Below, piece after piece: positions 28,061 through 35,602 of a stretch of 38,099 nt of DNA. Numbering within the stretch: position 1 is the first letter of the stretch; each line of letters starts with the position of its first letter. The translations under genes were made by a program, and so were the position numbers. The DNA is from a virus (lineage: Duplodnaviria > Caudoviricetes), in the IMG/VR virus record IMGVR_UViG_3300042807_000304, positions 1-38,099 of that record; one strand, 5' to 3'. Below the pieces are notes generated by a model. That model was given only the letters and a program-made list of their open reading frames with translations. It had not been told where the DNA came from and ran no database searches.

Positions 28061-28267
28061 TTATTCGCCGTCCCATTCCGTTATGTACACCGCCTCGAAG
28101 TCCGTTGCCGGTCTACCAAGCCCGATCCGTGCCATGTCTAGGTACCGTGTGACGTCGGCGTGTCGCCGTGCCCGAAACCTTGAGATCTTCTCGCCCGTGT
28201 ATACGTCGCGGATTTCCCATATGCCTGCCGACGCATTCTTGCGCCGTGGTGCCTTAGCCTCGGTCAT
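28061..28267 (-). CDS. Hypothetical protein
   Basis: ATGA coupling. Confidence 0.7.
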   Translation of the reverse strand: MTEAKAPRRKNASAGIWEIRDVYTGEKISRFRARRHADVTRYLDMARIGLGRPATDFEAVYITEWDGE

Positions 28268-28491
28268 TTCTCGCCTTCATGGTAGTTCATTACCAGCTCG
28301 TAGATCTGAACCGCAAGCTCCGGTGTGATTTGGTATCCGTGCTGCATTGCGATTTCGTCCAGGCTGTTTGCATCTGACATGCTTCCCTCGGTGTCATGCT
28401 TTTCAGCATCCGCCTTTGAGATGATGTATCCGGTGTCGTCCATGGTGAACCATGTATCCGTGCCGGTGTGACAGATCAATATCTCATCCAT
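28264..28491 (-). CDS. Hypothetical protein
   Basis: TAATG coupling, GGAGG RBS. Confidence 0.7.
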   Translation of the reverse strand: MDEILICHTGTDTWFTMDDTGYIISKADAEKHDTEGSMSDANSLDEIAMQHGYQITPELAVQIYELVMNYHEGEK

Positions 28492-28664
28492 TACGCTACC
28501 TCCAACTTTTGTCCGCGCCCGGTTCCAAGCCCGGTTCCTAGCTCATTGAAATGTGATTCGCACATGTTTGCCCAAGGGCCCATGATTGTCTTGGCGTCAT
28601 ACTCTGCTTGCTTTCCGCAGATGTCGCAGCTCGGAAGCTGCTGTACTTTTACTGATGTACTCAT
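28491..28664 (-). CDS. Small Zn-ribbon protein (CDIC..YDAKT..GPWANMC..H..GLGTGRGQ)
   Basis: ATG 28664 behind ACGACGGAAGGA and promoter 28694. Confidence 0.75.
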   Translation of the reverse strand: MSTSVKVQQLPSCDICGKQAEYDAKTIMGPWANMCESHFNELGTGLGTGRGQKLEVA

Positions 28665-28701
28665 TTGGATTCCTTCCGTCGTTGTGTACATGTCTATTAT
28701 A

Positions 28702-28956
28702 TCAGGCGTCTTTACGCTTTGCCTTGCCCTTTACGAGTCTTGGTGTTTTACGCACGCTCTTGATAACGGCAGCCGCTTCCTTGGTTAGCCTGCGGGCTGT
28801 CGATTTCTTTTCCTTAACTTGATCTTGCTTGATCTCTTCGAACTCTTGCATAGTCTTTTCCATTGCTGCAAGTGCCGCATTGATACTTGCAATGAGTTCG
28901 TTATACCGAACCTCATCGAACAACGGGGTATCTGTGTCTTTGTTCTTCTTTACCAT
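28702..28956 (-). CDS. Coiled-coil/basic hypothetical; stop inside promoter motif
   Basis: GAAGGA RBS; TGA at 28702. Confidence 0.7.
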   Translation of the reverse strand: MVKKNKDTDTPLFDEVRYNELIASINAALAAMEKTMQEFEEIKQDQVKEKKSTARRLTKEAAAVIKSVRKTPRLVKGKAKRKDA

Positions 28957-28987
28957 ATGTCTTTCCTTCTGTTTGTATTTTGGGTGT

Positions 28988-29032
28988 CTGGTAGGGAGGG
29001 ATACTTTGACGGAAGGATTACCTCCCCACCAG
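28988..29032 (-). terminator. 3'-UTR hairpin (12 bp stem) with 21 nt loop containing AUCCUUCCGUCA
   Basis: CUGGUGGGGAGG/CCUCCCUACCAG stem right after the vWA gene stop. No U-tract follows, so terminator function is uncertain. Confidence 0.7.
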
Positions 29033-29039
29033 AACTCTA

Positions 29040-30821
29040 TTAGGCAGCCGCGCGAGTACTCACTTTCATGATTGCCGCAGTCGCAGCCTTGCCAATTTCT
29101 GTTGCCGCACTTGCTGGGTCGAGCGTTCCTTCAAGAACAACTGCGTCAGTTCCACGAGCAAGATGTGTTGCCATGCCACCGCGTTCGAATGGTAGCCACA
29201 GAACTGCAACACCTGTTTCCTGACAACGCTTCAACCACTTCTTTGCGTGTTCCTGTTCGTCAGGTGTGTAGTGTCCATCACTCACAACGACAAGCAGACG
29301 AGCACCTGTGCCCTGCAGTAACTGCAGTGAACCATCAAGTGCCTTGAATGCTTTGTTGAACTTTTCAGTTCCATCAGGAGCAGTGTACACGTTGACCTCT
29401 GAGAGATGCTGTCCTGGCTTGAGTGTAGGGAACACTTCGGAACCATAGTAGACCATCGCGCACTTCGCCTGAGTCCTCTTAGCGGCTTCTGACATTACCC
29501 ATGCAGTCACTGCCATTGGTTCCATTGCGTATCCCATTGAACCTGAGATGTCGACCATCACACCAACTGTGAGTGTTGGGTCATCAGTGTGCTTGCGTAC
29601 TGTGCGCTTCCATGGTTCTGCCTGTGACATAACACCCTTTGATTTGAGTGCTGCGTTCTGCACAATCGCGCGAGTGCGTAGACGTCCTGGAGGAAGAACT
29701 GACTTGATGTCAGTCTCTGAGCGTTCGCGATACTTTGCGCGCTCTAGCATTGTTGCAACCTTTACTGCAGCCGCACGCTCTGGTCCTGTTGGTAGACGCT
29801 TCTCACGAAGACGTGAACTAGTCTTTGAGAATGGTTGAGGTCCTGTGCCCTTTGAGAAGATGTCGTTGGCAGCGTCGCGATTTTCCTTCGCTTCCTTTGA
29901 CGCCTTCGACTTTGTGGTAACGATCTCTGCCCACTCTTCACTTGTCTGCTGATCGCCAAGTTCGTCCTGCGCGCCAATCGCTGCTACGTCTGCTGCTTCG
30001 CCAAGTGCGTCCATCAACTCTTCGATGAACTGTTGCATCTCTGGTGTTGGCTGCTCAGATACTTCACCGCGCTCTGTGGCTGCATCCTCGACAAGCTTTA
30101 CCCACTCGCGTGCAAGATCATACAGTGGCTTTGGGTTGTAGTGCTCATCGTGCATTTGGAAACGATTCCACACTGAACGAAGTTTTGACATTAGGTCTTC
30201 GCCAATGAATGAGTCAAGTAGATCTGCGATTGGTTCGACGTCCTCACGCTCAAGCACGTCTGCATCAACACGAGCAAGTGTTAGTCCTGCAAGATGTGCA
30301 GCCGCACGAGTAGATGTAAGTTCGCCAATGGTATCGGCAACGTCTGCAATCACGATTTCAAGTGCACACGCACGCAGGAACCCACGATTTGCGGGCATGT
30401 CATTGACACCTGCTGCTTCGATTCGTGTCTCTTCAAGAAGGTTGATTGCTTGAAACTCTTTGTCAGATAGCTCACGCATTGCATCAACTAATGACCAACG
30501 TGAGTACTTTGCATGTAGTGCCTCATGAAAGATTGCGCCTGAGGCTTTAGGCCACTCAAACTGTGTGGTGCGCTCAGTGAGGTCACCAATAGCTTCTGGG
30601 GTTAGACCCTTGCCGAACGCAACGTCAACATTGACTTCGATTTCAGCGAGCTGTGGATTGAAACATGCAGGTGCAGGTCCACCAGCTCCTGGTCCAACGT
30701 AAGCAACAAGATCACCGCGTGATGACCAGTCACTTGCAACGCGACCAATCTGTGCGCCAACCTTGAGCCATTCCATCGGAGTGGCTTCCGCGCGAGTCGC
30801 GCGAGTTCTAATGTGTTCCAT
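29040..30821 (-). CDS. vWA (MIDAS) domain protein with N-terminal HExxH region, CobT-like partner of the AAA+ ATPase
   Basis: VDISGSM, GT, VVVSDG; FHEALH...NLLEETRIE. ATG 30821 behind TGACGGAAGGA. Confidence 0.88.
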   Translation of the reverse strand: MEHIRTRATRAEATPMEWLKVGAQIGRVASDWSSRGDLVAYVGPGAGGPAPACFNPQLAEIEVNVDVAFGKGLTPEAIGDLTERTTQFEWPKASGAIFHEALHAKYSRWSLVDAMRELSDKEFQAINLLEETRIEAAGVNDMPANRGFLRACALEIVIADVADTIGELTSTRAAAHLAGLTLARVDADVLEREDVEPIADLLDSFIGEDLMSKLRSVWNRFQMHDEHYNPKPLYDLAREWVKLVEDAATERGEVSEQPTPEMQQFIEELMDALGEAADVAAIGAQDELGDQQTSEEWAEIVTTKSKASKEAKENRDAANDIFSKGTGPQPFSKTSSRLREKRLPTGPERAAAVKVATMLERAKYRERSETDIKSVLPPGRLRTRAIVQNAALKSKGVMSQAEPWKRTVRKHTDDPTLTVGVMVDISGSMGYAMEPMAVTAWVMSEAAKRTQAKCAMVYYGSEVFPTLKPGQHLSEVNVYTAPDGTEKFNKAFKALDGSLQLLQGTGARLLVVVSDGHYTPDEQEHAKKWLKRCQETGVAVLWLPFERGGMATHLARGTDAVVLEGTLDPASAATEIGKAATAAIMKVSTRAAA

Positions 30822-30869
30822 TTTGTATCCTTCCGTCATTTGGATAGTTCTATTATATCAGGTGGGTGA

Positions 30870-30899
30870 GAGGGAAGCCACACCCAAGAGGCTCCCCTC
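30870..30899 (-). terminator. 3'-UTR hairpin with loop UCUUGGGUGU
   Basis: gagggaagcc/ggctcccctc stem; two more small hairpins at 30904-30938. Confidence 0.65.
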
Positions 30900-30935
30900 C
30901 CAACCTGGTTTGCCAGGATTCTAGGGAAGGCATTC

Positions 30936-31919
30936 CTAGATCTTGGCTGGACGGCATTCCTCGCCGAACACCCTAGTGAACACGTCCGCAACGACGGGGC
31001 GATCGAGTTCAGGTGCTGCAGCAAGTAAGTTCGCGATTGCGAACTTGCTGCCGAAGGTCTTTGATAGATCTCTAAAGGCAAGCAACTCACGCATTTGTGG
31101 TGCCCAGGATACTTCACCTGTCTGTTGCTTCTTTGCGAGATTTTGTGCAGCAGTGACGATGGTTGCAGGGGAACCAAGCTTTTTAGCAAGACCCCAGTCA
31201 GTTGTCATCTCTGCATGAATTTGGAAACGTGATAGCAATGCCTCACTGAGTCGCACACCTGGTGCGTTTGGGTTTGTCGCCGCAATGACGTAGAACCCAT
31301 CCTTTGCTTTGACAGTCCCGCGTTCTGGGTTTGCTGTCACAACAAGTTCGCGTCGTCCATCCATAAGTCCATATGCAAGTGATAGAACCTTTGGATCAAT
31401 CAGACCTACCTCATCAATGAGAAATGGTGTACCTGAGATGGCTGCCTTGACAAGTGGACCATCTTCCCAGATGAAGCCACCTGATGGGGTTTGCACGTAT
31501 CCACCAACGAAGTCTGCAACTTCAGTGTCGCCTGTACCAATGATGGTGTGTAGTTCTTCACCGAATGCTGCTTCAACAAGTGCAGTCTTACCGCAACCTG
31601 GCGCACCATACAGTAGAACGTATTGGCTAGTTTCACGTGCCTTACGGAGAACCTCAACGTCGTTGTGTTCACCCCAGACTCGTGAGAAGTAGTCGTCACC
31701 ATTTGGACGCTTGTACTTATCTGAACCTACAAGTGCATCTGCTGATATCACTGGAACTGCCTTCTTTGGTGCTGTCGCGCGAGCTGTTGCTCTTCCTGGG
31801 ACTGGCATCAACTCATCTAAAGATGATGCAAGATCCGAGTTGACAGACTGAGTTACCGCACTAGCGATGACTCCTGTAAGCCCCGGATGGAGCTTATCGT
31901 AATCTATGGTTACTGACAT
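30936..31919 (-). CDS. MoxR/CobS/CbbQ-family AAA+ ATPase
   Basis: Walker A GAPGCGKT, Walker B FLIDE, sensor AATN, arginine finger ALLSRF. Confidence 0.92.
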   Translation of the reverse strand: MSVTIDYDKLHPGLTGVIASAVTQSVNSDLASSLDELMPVPGRATARATAPKKAVPVISADALVGSDKYKRPNGDDYFSRVWGEHNDVEVLRKARETSQYVLLYGAPGCGKTALVEAAFGEELHTIIGTGDTEVADFVGGYVQTPSGGFIWEDGPLVKAAISGTPFLIDEVGLIDPKVLSLAYGLMDGRRELVVTANPERGTVKAKDGFYVIAATNPNAPGVRLSEALLSRFQIHAEMTTDWGLAKKLGSPATIVTAAQNLAKKQQTGEVSWAPQMRELLAFRDLSKTFGSKFAIANLLAAAPELDRPVVADVFTRVFGEECRPAKI

Positions 31920-31967
31920 TGGGTGTCCTTTCGTCGTTGGGTGTTGATAGATCTATTATATCAGGTA

Positions 31968-32429
31968 CTACTCTGCGAACAGAGATTCCCCGAAGTTGAG
32001 TGCCCTGCGGCAACGTGTGATTCGACCAAGAATCTTGTAAGGAGTCTTTGAGAGACGAATGTCCTCGAGGTCTTCTTGAGTTACCTCGACAACAATTGGT
32101 TGCTTGTACAGTTGCCAACCTGAAGTTACGAGTTGGTTGAACAAGTTATCTGTGTACGAGATGCGATCCGCAACTGTTGCAAGTGCGTGCTCTTTACCGA
32201 GCGCAACAAGTTTATTTGTCATTGGGTCGATCTCACTGCGGAACACTGTGCTCATCTGCTTCCAAGTCTTACGTGGACTTGAACTTGAGATGCGACGACG
32301 ATAGGTAGTGATTGGCACATACTTACCTGAAGCGTTGATTGCCTCAGGTGTGATGATTACCTGGTTCGTGCTACCTCCATGTCGAAACTCTAAGTAGAGA
32401 GCTTTTCCGACAACCTTTGTATCTGTCAT
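31968..32429 (-). CDS. Hypothetical protein
   Basis: Behind promoter 32463 and the extended SD. Confidence 0.8.
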   Translation of the reverse strand: MTDTKVVGKALYLEFRHGGSTNQVIITPEAINASGKYVPITTYRRRISSSSPRKTWKQMSTVFRSEIDPMTNKLVALGKEHALATVADRISYTDNLFNQLVTSGWQLYKQPIVVEVTQEDLEDIRLSKTPYKILGRITRCRRALNFGESLFAE

Positions 32430-32470
32430 GTTATTTCCTTCCGTCGTTTTGGATGTGTAGTTCTATTATA

Positions 32471-32764
32471 TCAGGCGACTTTGAAGTTCGGCAGCCGAAC
32501 TGTCACCATCATCTGTGGGTACTCAAGATCGAAGGACTCAGTCTTGGTGACCCAGACTTCGTTGTCATCTTCGTCGTAGTCGTCAACTACCTTGTAGGTA
32601 ATCTCTAGACCTTCGTCGCCATGCTTGACTTCGATCAGTTCGATGTCAGTGTAGGTGACAAACTCGCTTGGGTTCTGTCGTGCATACTCAATTAGTGTCT
32701 CCATGTCTTCGTACATGAAGTCCTCGCACTTGATTATGTCCGCGCAGTATAGTCGTTCACTCAT
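32471..32764 (-). CDS. Acidic hypothetical; stop inside promoter motif
   Basis: TGA at 32471. Confidence 0.75.
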   Translation of the reverse strand: MSERLYCADIIKCEDFMYEDMETLIEYARQNPSEFVTYTDIELIEVKHGDEGLEITYKVVDDYDEDDNEVWVTKTESFDLEYPQMMVTVRLPNFKVA

Positions 32765-32802
32765 TTAGCGTCCTTTCGTATTTCGTCGTTAGTACTATTA
32801 TA

Positions 32803-33018
32803 TCAGGCAGGTGTGTCATCTTCGAGTATTGAAACACCGAAGTCGAGTTCAATACCGCGATTTCTTTCGAATGCCTTTGGCAGGTCAGAGATGTTCATCT
32901 CGTCTTCCTCACACTTGCGCATGAGTTCCTTTGCCTCTTCTTCATTGGCTGCCTCGAACCAGACCTGGTTCATTGAGACCTCGTTGAATCTAAATGTAAA
33001 TGTCTTCATGTCACTCAT
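32803..33018 (-). CDS. Acidic hypothetical; stop inside promoter motif
   Basis: TGA at 32803. Confidence 0.75.
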   Translation of the reverse strand: MSDMKTFTFRFNEVSMNQVWFEAANEEEAKELMRKCEEDEMNISDLPKAFERNRGIELDFGVSILEDDTPA

Positions 33019-33370
33019 AGTAGTGTCCTGTTCCTGTTGACTTGATCAGATCGACGACTGACTCAGCGTCCGCATCGATTTCTTCTTCGTACTCGTCAAA
33101 GTCGTCCTCGCGCTTTTGGACAGACCATGACGCAACGAGCACTGGGTGCTTCGCGTCTTTATTCTTTGCGTGGTACCACCAAAAGGAGATGCCATCGTAC
33201 TCAAAGGTGTCGTGGGCTGGGTCTTCAATAGTTTCCCACTTGAAGGCTTCACCTTCGATCTTGACATTTTTTGTTTTCCAATTTACGGAGTAGCCATACT
33301 CGCCATCCTCATTTGTGAGTTCGGCAAAGATCGCTTCCATCTTGCTTGGGTCGTAAACGTAGTTGTCCAT
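33011..33370 (-). CDS. Acidic hypothetical
   Basis: Behind promoter 33395. Confidence 0.75.
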   Translation of the reverse strand: MDNYVYDPSKMEAIFAELTNEDGEYGYSVNWKTKNVKIEGEAFKWETIEDPAHDTFEYDGISFWWYHAKNKDAKHPVLVASWSVQKREDDFDEYEEEIDADAESVVDLIKSTGTGHYYE

Positions 33371-33397
33371 TTGTGTCCTTCCGTCGTTATGGATCTA

Positions 33398-33703
33398 TTA
33401 TATCAGGTCGCGCCTGACAACTTCAGGTTCTACAACTTTACCTTCGCGGGTTGGGCAGTAGTCAACCTTGTGTGACTTTGAGTGATTTGGGAAGAGTGAG
33501 TCCTTGCTCCAGTATTCAACGTATGTGTATACTGTGTGCTGCCATACTCCATTGTCAAGTGCAGAGTTGGTGACTGATTCACCGCAGACCTCACACTTGC
33601 CAAACCAGAGACGATTGTCCTTGCGGAATCCATCTGCTGGATCTAAAACCTTGAAACCATTTCCGATTCCAAGTTCGCGTACCATTTCGAATGTTATTTC
33701 CAT
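33398..33703 (-). CDS. Hypothetical with CxxC; stop inside promoter motif
   Basis: TAA at 33398. Confidence 0.75.
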   Translation of the reverse strand: MEITFEMVRELGIGNGFKVLDPADGFRKDNRLWFGKCEVCGESVTNSALDNGVWQHTVYTYVEYWSKDSLFPNHSKSHKVDYCPTREGKVVEPEVVRRDLI

Positions 33704-33738
33704 TTGGGTGTCCTTCCGATCAATAGTTCTATTATATC

Positions 33739-33782
33739 AGGTAGGTGTGACAGAAAGAGGTAAAAAACTGCCACACCTACCT
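33739..33782 (-). terminator. 15 bp hairpin overlapping the upstream edge of promoter 33729
   Basis: aggtaggtgtgacag ... ctgccacacctacct. Confidence 0.7.
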
Positions 33783-33793
33783 AATTCCTCTGC

Positions 33794-34456
33794 CTAGGAC
33801 AGAAGTTTCTTGAACTGGGCCAGCTTGGCATTCGCCTCGTTGAGCTGAGCCTGGAGATCCTTGGTACGTTCCGCAACGATCTTCTCAATCAGGTAGTCGA
33901 TTGCGTTGTCCTGGTTTCGATTGATGTCCGGAGCGCCGATCGGCTTTGTTACCTCGATCTTCTTTCGTGGACGTCCAGCTCGGGACTTGGCGCCTGCGCC
34001 AACATCAAACAACTTGTAGCCATCAACCACGGACGCAACAGTGCGAGTACGAGGTGATGAGCCGGAGTTGAACAGATATGCTGGCTTAGGTGATGTGTTC
34101 GCACCATTGGCGCGAAGCTTACGCTCAGTTGGAGTTTCCAAGTGAACTGCGATCTTGTGTGCTAGGACGAGCTGTTCTAGCGCATACTTGACTCGGTGGT
34201 CAACAAGTTCGATGTTGGCTTCATTCTTAAGATACATCTGCATCTCTTGAGTTGAAACCGGCTGCTGTAATTCTTCAAGGGCTACCTGAATGATGTCCTG
34301 CAGACTTAACTGTTCGCTGTGGCGATCTGCTAGAAACTTCTTGAACCCTGGGTTATTTGCATTGTTATGCTTTGTAGTAGTGGGTGATGTCATAGGTGTA
34401 GTTATTGTCGCTTTCTTGTAGGGCGTGATTCTCGCCATGTCTCGTATCTTTGTCAT
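33794..34456 (-). CDS. Putative DNA-binding protein (winged-helix-like core, AT-hook-like GRPRKK, C-terminal coiled coil)
   Basis: IIQVALEELQQPVSTQEM...VKYALEQLV; AGRPRKK. First gene of the early array. Confidence 0.65.
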   Translation of the reverse strand: MTKIRDMARITPYKKATITTPMTSPTTTKHNNANNPGFKKFLADRHSEQLSLQDIIQVALEELQQPVSTQEMQMYLKNEANIELVDHRVKYALEQLVLAHKIAVHLETPTERKLRANGANTSPKPAYLFNSGSSPRTRTVASVVDGYKLFDVGAGAKSRAGRPRKKIEVTKPIGAPDINRNQDNAIDYLIEKIVAERTKDLQAQLNEANAKLAQFKKLLS

Positions 34457-34559
34457 GATGTCCTTCCGTCAGAGCTGGTCTCTAACTGTTTGATTATAAC
34501 AGGCGCATGTGACATTTGCGGATTATGAAACACCGGTGTTTGGGATGGGGCTGTTTTGA

Positions 34560-34633
34560 TGTCTACACGGAAGTTAGACCGGATCGAGCTCGATGCCCGA
34601 TCGGATCAGCCGGTTTGTCTACACGGAAGTTAG
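34560..34633. repeat. 18 bp direct repeat TGTCTACACGGAAGTTAG x2
   Basis: 34560-34577 and 34616-34633, intergenic. Confidence 0.85.
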
Positions 34634-34642
34634 GCCAGGAGT

Positions 34643-35413
34643 TCAGGCCGTCACTCGAAAGCTACCGGTCTCACGGCCTAGCCGTGAAAGGCTTGACTCA
34701 TCTGGCATGCCCGTTACGTCAGCTCCGGCGTATCCGATCATCCGTTGCCATTGCGAATACGCTGATACGGTCAGGCCGTCCCAGCTTCCGTTCGTCGCGT
34801 TACGCAGGCCCGTCTTAACTGAGAGCGCAACCTGTACCCGTTCGATATGGGAATTACGTTTCCCAGGCCTCAAATTAGAAAGCTTGATCTCGGGCAGGCC
34901 GTCTACCTCAGGAGCTGGTCTCTCCCTACCAGGCCTGAAGTCAGGCCGCCCGAAACCAAGGATCTCATGACGTGAGCGTACCCGTTCGTACACGCCGTCA
35001 AAGCTTTTTATGTTTTGCTTGGGCAGGCCGCTATCCGTCATGCCCTCGATGACTCTTACCAGGCCTCGCCTGTTCCAGTCCGTCACCTCGATGACTATTC
35101 CGACGTGTCCCTGGCTAAAGGATTCAGCGCCCGTTGGGAAGTTATAAAAGACGATGTCCCCAGGCCGTGGTCTCGCGTGCCACCGTCTGGCCCGTATAAA
35201 CTCGGCCAGGCCGCTTGTTGTATTTACGCAGGCTGGAATAGTGATGCCCGTCTCGCGGGCCACAACGTCAATGAAGGCACCGTTCCATGCCAAGCCTTGA
35301 TATCCGACCAGGCCACCGTAATAAGAGTCCGTGCCCGTCCGGGAACGATACCCGAGGTGCGTCCGTGCCTGAGCTATAAAGTCAGCCCGTCTGTCATTTG
35401 TCTTTTCGGCCAT
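34643..35413 (-). CDS. CHAP-like amidase fold plus PG-binding domain (endolysin-like; canonical Cys replaced)
   Basis: AWNGAFI, PRPGDIVFY, GHVGIV, IEGMT, ILGFGRP; C-terminal VQVAL..GSWDGLTVSAYSQWQ. Confidence 0.8.
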   Translation of the reverse strand: MAEKTNDRRADFIAQARTHLGYRSRTGTDSYYGGLVGYQGLAWNGAFIDVVARETGITIPACVNTTSGLAEFIRARRWHARPRPGDIVFYNFPTGAESFSQGHVGIVIEVTDWNRRGLVRVIEGMTDSGLPKQNIKSFDGVYERVRSRHEILGFGRPDFRPGRERPAPEVDGLPEIKLSNLRPGKRNSHIERVQVALSVKTGLRNATNGSWDGLTVSAYSQWQRMIGYAGADVTGMPDESSLSRLGRETGSFRVTA

Positions 35414-35422
35414 GCCGTAATC

Positions 35423-35602
35423 CTAAACCGTTGAGGCAGCTTTTAGAATAACGAGCTTATATAGCCCGTCAGCGAGAGTCTCGGCCTCGTTAAGCCTGGC
35501 CGTTAACCGAATGTGCTCAATCCGCGAGGCCGCCAGCTCGATGTCGTTGTTAAGTCTGTCCGCATGTTCCCGTGCCGCGTGATATAGATCCTCGATGTTC
35601 AA
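35423..35602 (-). CDS. 59 aa helical hypothetical (MNIEDLYHAAREHADRL...)
   Basis: Manual ORF; TTGA coupling. Confidence 0.65.
   Translation of the reverse strand: MNIEDLYHAAREHADRLNNDIELAASRIEHIRLTARLNEAETLADGLYKLVILKAASTV

Larger units (their letters stand above)
16607..34471. promoter_or_regulatory. Repeated extended Shine-Dalgarno ACGACG(A/G)AAGGA in early-gene leaders
   Basis: tcctt(t/c)cgtc on + near 20981, 23937, 25057, 25446, 26198, 27058, 28671, 30828, 31926, 32436, 33376, 34461, with looser copies near 23168, 24443, 32771; acgacgaggag on + before ATG 16622. Confidence 0.85.
16575..34504. promoter_or_regulatory. 21 copies of an extended -10 promoter RCC-TG-W-TATAAT-AG (20 on minus, 1 on plus)
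   Basis: Plus copy 16575-16588. Minus copies (seen on + as ctattatawcaggy) start at 19567, 21020, 21607, 21987, 23187, 23972, 24462, 25076, 25491 (variant), 26217, 26741, 27084, 28694, 30850, 31953, 32463, 32795, 33395, 33729, 34491 (variant). Each lies ~25-55 nt upstream of a start codon. Confidence 0.92.

Noticed and set aside
29040-31919. Cobalamin biosynthesis (cobS/cobT) auxiliary metabolic genes
   Set aside because: No cobN or other cob genes; phage CobS/CobT-like pairs are general MoxR-vWA systems.
16575-34504. CRISPR array or integron attC array
   Set aside because: The repeat is 14 bp, non-palindromic, irregularly spaced by whole genes and reads as TGnTATAAT. No cas or integrase gene is present.
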